DNA of 63,917 bases, counting the filler, from Sanchytrium tribonematis (Eukaryota), in NCBI GenBank assembly GCA_018985235.1. It is 11 parts of 11 records of this genome, joined end to end, with 100 filler letters (N's around TTAATTAATTAA, not from the genome) between each part and the next. Parts side by side here need not be neighbours in the genome. Positions count along the whole stretch, not along the records: positions 56,049 to 59,943 come from JADGIG010000785.1; positions 60,044 to 63,917 come from JADGIG010000786.1; 9 more parts are not named here. The stretch is one strand, 5' to 3'. The notes beneath the pieces are model-generated. The model worked only from the letters and a program-made list of their open reading frames with translations, had not been told where the DNA came from and ran no database searches. Made by a program: the position numbers and the translations under genes. Every line of letters begins with the position of its first letter. The first letter of the stretch is position 1. Shown here in pieces: positions 59,342-63,917 of this stretch.

Positions 59342-59943
59342 ATGGAAACTCTTAAAATTCTTCTAGTTGGCAATTCTAACAGTGGGAAATCATCCATACT
59401 GCTTCGTTATACCGATAATACCTTTTCTGACAAAAGTGTAACAACTATAGGAGTAGATTTTAAATTGAAAATGGTGAAATATCAAGAAATGGACAAAAAA
59501 ATCAATTTGGAGCCATATGAGGAAAGAGTGTACAAGCTATGCTGTTTCGATACCGCTGGACAAGAAAGATTTAGCAAATTAACTAATTCATATTATAGAA
59601 ATGCTCATGGTGTTTTATTAGTTTTCGATTTAAGTAATAGAGAAACTTTTACTTCTCTTGAAAAATGGCACAAAGAAATCTTAGAATATTGCCCAAATTC
59701 ACCCATAGTAATAGTTGGTAACAAATCTGATCAATCTAGACAGGTAAAAGTTGAAGAGGCCACTAATTACGCCAAATCTATTAATGCGAAATATATAGAA
59801 GTTAGTGCTAAAACAAATTCTATGATCAATGATGTCTTCCAATTATTATTGCATGAAATTGTGAACCATCCTACTTTATTAAAGAAAGTCAAACGATCGC
59901 CTAGTCTCAGAAGTGTTAGAAGTATACAATTCAATCATCATGC
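59342..59943 (+). CDS. Rab GTPase (Rab18-like), 3'-truncated
   Basis: GNSNSGKS, IGVDF, DTAGQERF, YYRNA, GNKSD and SAK motifs; LLRYTDNTF resembles Rab18. Confidence 0.88.
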
Positions 59944-60444
59944 NNNNNNNNNNNNNNNNNNNNNNNNNNNNNNNNNNNNNNNNNNNNTTAATTAATTAAN
60001 NNNNNNNNNNNNNNNNNNNNNNNNNNNNNNNNNNNNNNNNNNNCGACGAATAAAACATGTGATTTATTTTTCGTTTCATTTTTAACGTGCATGTCTCAGA
60101 TTGTTTTAAATATGTAGATGGCTCATTCTAGACACATACCCTGTAGTTCTTTTTTTCGGACTTTTTTTTGGATATTTATCTACCACGACAGCTCGACAAC
60201 TTTTTGATGAGCTATCATTGAGTCGTACAATGACAACTCAGAATCCAGATGCAACGGAACGTGGCGATGAATCGGTTTAACTGGTAATCGTAAAATAAAT
60301 CAATATAATAAATCAATATAAATTAAAAACAGCATCGAAAATCCGGACAAATCAGACCACACTTTCAACCGTTCCATTCAAAAGAATTTCGCATCAACAG
60401 AGAACGGAGATCAACAAGCAAGCACAAAGCACATTGAGCGCAAC

Positions 60445-63400
60445 ATGGACGGAGAAACCAAATCTAAAGCTGAAACTCAATTGACTAAATACAGCCAATC
60501 ATATTTTACTGACGATTTTCATGACAATCCAAGTACACACAATGATGAACATGTCCAAGATGTAACTCAACTAGCATACACAAATGAAGATATCCACATC
60601 AACCAAAAACCCCAATTTCAAACTAACACACATCAGCATCAACAAATTAAATCCTTAATTCAAGATAGAAAAATGTACAGATTATTTAAATATATCTCTG
60701 ATTGTGGTATTGATATTACTAACCCACTCACAGACTTTGTTCAAATAGCTGCACAATACATGTTTCAAGAAATTTATGCGAATTACATTACTGACCTAGA
60801 AGTATACCACTTTGCAGAGAAAATGGGCTTATTATTACAAGATATAAATGCAATTTTATTGATTGAAAACTCAGATCTTGATCCCGGACAAAATGTCCGT
60901 ACTAAATTATACCAATTATTTGATGATGCTGAATACTCAAGCACAGATGAGGGAGATGTACAAGCAGCCTACCCGGTCATTACTAACAGTGAAGATGACG
61001 TTAATAATACCAATCCTTCTCCCAGCTGCACTTCAGTATGGAGTTCAAATATGAAAACAAATCCATCAACTCCAGCTGCCACCTCCCAGTTAGCGCCAGA
61101 CAAACCCACTTTCAAGACTTACGAAGAGAAGGCGATATATGAGGCCATGCAACTCGGCAAAAGAACCAGAAATCAACCAGATCATTACTTTCGCCAGCCA
61201 AAGAAAAGAAAAAAATTTATCGATAATCCACAGTCAGTCAATCACGAGTCTTATAGTGATTGTACAGACAATGATGATGACCTAATGATTGATACATGTA
61301 CCAGTGATGACAATCTATCAGATATTGAAGCATTAGATACAGAATTAATCAATTTCCACAAAATCTCTGATATTCTACTAAATAACAAACAAGATCAACT
61401 CCTACAGTATGCAGTAGACCATGAATGGGAGATGGTGGCACCATCTAATCAATCCATTAATTTGGTGGCAGCATTTCTCGGATTTTTGATTCATGATGGA
61501 TGGATTACTGATTTAGATATCGAGGATACAATGGATGAAATTGCTGTGGCATATGATATGATTGACAGAGAAGTATTTGATCTAGATGACATCAATCATG
61601 ATTTCAAAGTGGAAGTAATAGAGAGGTTTCATGCTATTGGACTGGATGATACGACACATAGGGATGCCAATACTGATAATATTTTGCCGGATCTCACTTG
61701 GGGTAGCTCACTCAATGAAGAAGCCATTGACGAATCCATTGAAGAAGAGATAAAACCTGTTTCACGGGGTTTTGGGAAATTTGCAAGTTGGAACATCAAT
61801 GGAAGCTACAAGAAGAATTCCAGCTGGTATACAAGAATGGTCCAGAGCAGACAATTGGATCTACTCTGCTTATTGGATACGCAACATAACAGCATGAACA
61901 AAATCAGCAAATACATGGTATTAGGAGAGTCTCCTAAAAAGGATAAACAAGCCGGCGGAATCATTGTACTGGCAAACAAGAGGAGTCATCACAAATTTAG
62001 CATTATTACTATAAACGAATTCTTTTACATAGTACAATTTGCAGTGAACCACTATTTCATTGCCCTTTATATTCCACCACACCTCAAAAAGTTTAAGAAG
62101 AAGGACCTCACCAGGTCCATGGCCTTCTACAAATTACTTGGTGACATTAAGAGTTTCCTTCCTGATGGTGCCAATGCTATTCTCTCTGGAGATTTAAACT
62201 GTAAATTTCAAAATTTGAAAGGGGTAGCTGATCATGCTATTGCAGAGTTCATGCTCAATCTGAACATGGAAATACAAGTGCCGTCGGGTGACCCATTTAC
62301 CTACATTCATTTGAATCATGACCAAGTAACCACAAGCACAACTGACTGGGTATTTTGCAATTTTGAAACAAGCATTGAGTCAGTGGAATCTTTATCCCTG
62401 CCAACGCATTATCAAGTCAGAAACGATTTGAACTGGATTAAACACCTCCATACTATTACAGACCACTGCTTATTAATCACAACTGTCAAATTGAGGACAA
62501 TTCCAAATGTTTTGGAATTCCTCCCTAAATTTAGATTACAACTCTTACAACACTTTGAAATAGACGAAGACAACAAATACCATTTCCCATTTAGGGAAGA
62601 ATATCAACGCCAGTTAGATGGAGAACTGAAACTTGCCAATCTGGATTTTAAAATCTCAACATTCAATCCAAATACATTTCACAAACAGAAATGCAAAAAC
62701 ATCAACAAGATAGCAAATGAATTTAGCAGATGTATGACCAAATCTCTCAATCAAAGTATTGGAAAACATTCTCGTAAATATTTGGATCTAGAAAAAAAGA
62801 TAAATGAAGACAGAGAAATTAAGAACCTGATTAACAGTGGCAGCTCATTTGAATCTATTATCTTGTACATCAAAAACAACAAATCTATGAATATCAAAGC
62901 ACATACCACTCTTCTGAATCAAATAAAAGACCCCGATTTGAGCAAATACTTTTCCATGAAAATGAAATCAAACCGGCTCAACAACCACAATCTAATTATT
63001 GATGACATTCAAACTCACTCTAAACAACTGCAGCAACGATTTATTGGCGATGAAGAGGATGCGGAATCACTTAAAAAAACCACTTTTACCTCAAAATGCA
63101 GTGGTATAATTCGTACCCAATTAGGGTCTTTTGAGGAATTTGAAGCCATTTTAAAGAGATTACCTAAGTTGAAATCACCAGGAAGCAGTGGAATCCCTTA
63201 TGAAAGCTTTAAATACATGTCCAGTGAAAGCGCCAAAATGGTTTACGACTATTTCAATATCATTTTCAAGTGTGGTATTATACCCAATTGCTGGAAAACG
63301 GTGATAATCTGCCCCATCTACAAGAAGGGAAACCCCCTTTCAATCTCAAACTACAGACCAATCAGCCTCAGCCAAGCGGCCAGAAAAGTGTTTGAAAAAC

Positions 63401-63917
63401 TATACTTACTCTATCTAGACCCATTGATAAATCATTTTGACCACCAGCAATATGGCTTCAAGAGAAACATCAACACGGAAATGGCTTTGTCGCGTTTGAT
63501 CAAACACATTCAACATATGAAACAGTTAAATGACTATGAGGGACTGAATCTATTATTACTGGATATTCAACAGGCATTTGATAAGGTAAGTAGGTCATTT
63601 CTACTTGACAACCTTGTCACTGACTTTAATTGTGTATCTCTTACTGCTCTAATCTATGACCTGTTACAAATTTCATTTAGACTACGAATTCACAACAAAA
63701 TGAGTGAAATGCGAAAAACCCTAGTAGGCATTATACAGGGTTCCTCATTGTCACCAGTACTATTTACATATGTACTGTCCAAATGTTTCAAATTCCTTCC
63801 AGAAAATGTTGTAGCTGTATTATTTGCTGATGACACGAGCATTTTATTACCATCTAGTATGAACATTGACTGTTTTATAAATGAACTCTCTCAACACTTA
63901 CAAGAAGCAAATTTAAA
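60445..63917 (+). mobile_element. Uninterrupted single-ORF LINE (>1157 codons): N-terminal repeat region, APE endonuclease, RT; runs off the window (missed by ORF track)
   Basis: Frame +1 is open from ATG 60445 to the end. Motifs are SWNING (~61790), GDLN, TDH, KSPGSSG, NYRPISL, QYGF, DIQQAFD, QGSSLSP and FADD (63823-63834). Confidence 0.95.

Noticed and set aside
3942..60043. Repeated TTAATTAATTAA flanked by Ns as a biological repeat or CRISPR-like array
   Set aside because: It is an artificial six-frame-stop contig linker. Adjacency across linkers has no meaning, and ORF tails of X/LIN/N are artefacts.
1430..61054. Numerous short antisense or overlapping ORFs in the track (e.g. 1867-2298, 4566-4991, 32017-32409, 53021-53362, 60863-61054)
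   Set aside because: They are shadows of longer genes or elements and have no recognisable motifs.

Overview
This is eukaryotic DNA, not prokaryotic: 11 unlinked contigs joined by artificial 100-nt linkers (N44-TTAATTAATTAA-N44). It reads as an AT-rich, very compact fungus-like genome, probably an early-diverging holomycotan (inference), and uses the standard genetic code. Eight ~3.9-kb contigs are gene-dense, with intergenic gaps as small as 5-6 bp. They carry UTP12, HEM13, ACB1, a hemerythrin, TMEM135, DPH1, Vip1-like, FSF1, PSA1, Asterix-like, ALG2, acetyl-CoA synthetase, a P450, SPT5, a Ste50/Ubc2-like adaptor, a ZIP transporter, a Rab, tRNA-Glu(CTC) and clusters of secreted or GPI-type proteins. 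One 23.8-kb contig (8081-31886) and contig 31987-35922 consist almost entirely of degenerate transposons: LINEs, Gypsy, Crypton-type tyrosine recombinases, pogo-like DDE fragments, a Myb/SANT ORF and a RuvC-like ORF. The last contig holds an uninterrupted single-ORF LINE that the ORF track missed. The main finding is that four conserved genes (PSA1, ACS, P450, SPT5) are each split by a predicted ultra-short 19-20-nt spliceosomal intron. One is GC-AG, all end in TAG with an invariant A at -6, and removing each one exactly restores conserved protein motifs. Other notable items are two LINE families with internally duplicated N-terminal domains fused to the endonuclease, CryptonS-like elements, a virus-like resolvase, and an island of small secreted peptides sharing a fixed-position promoter motif.
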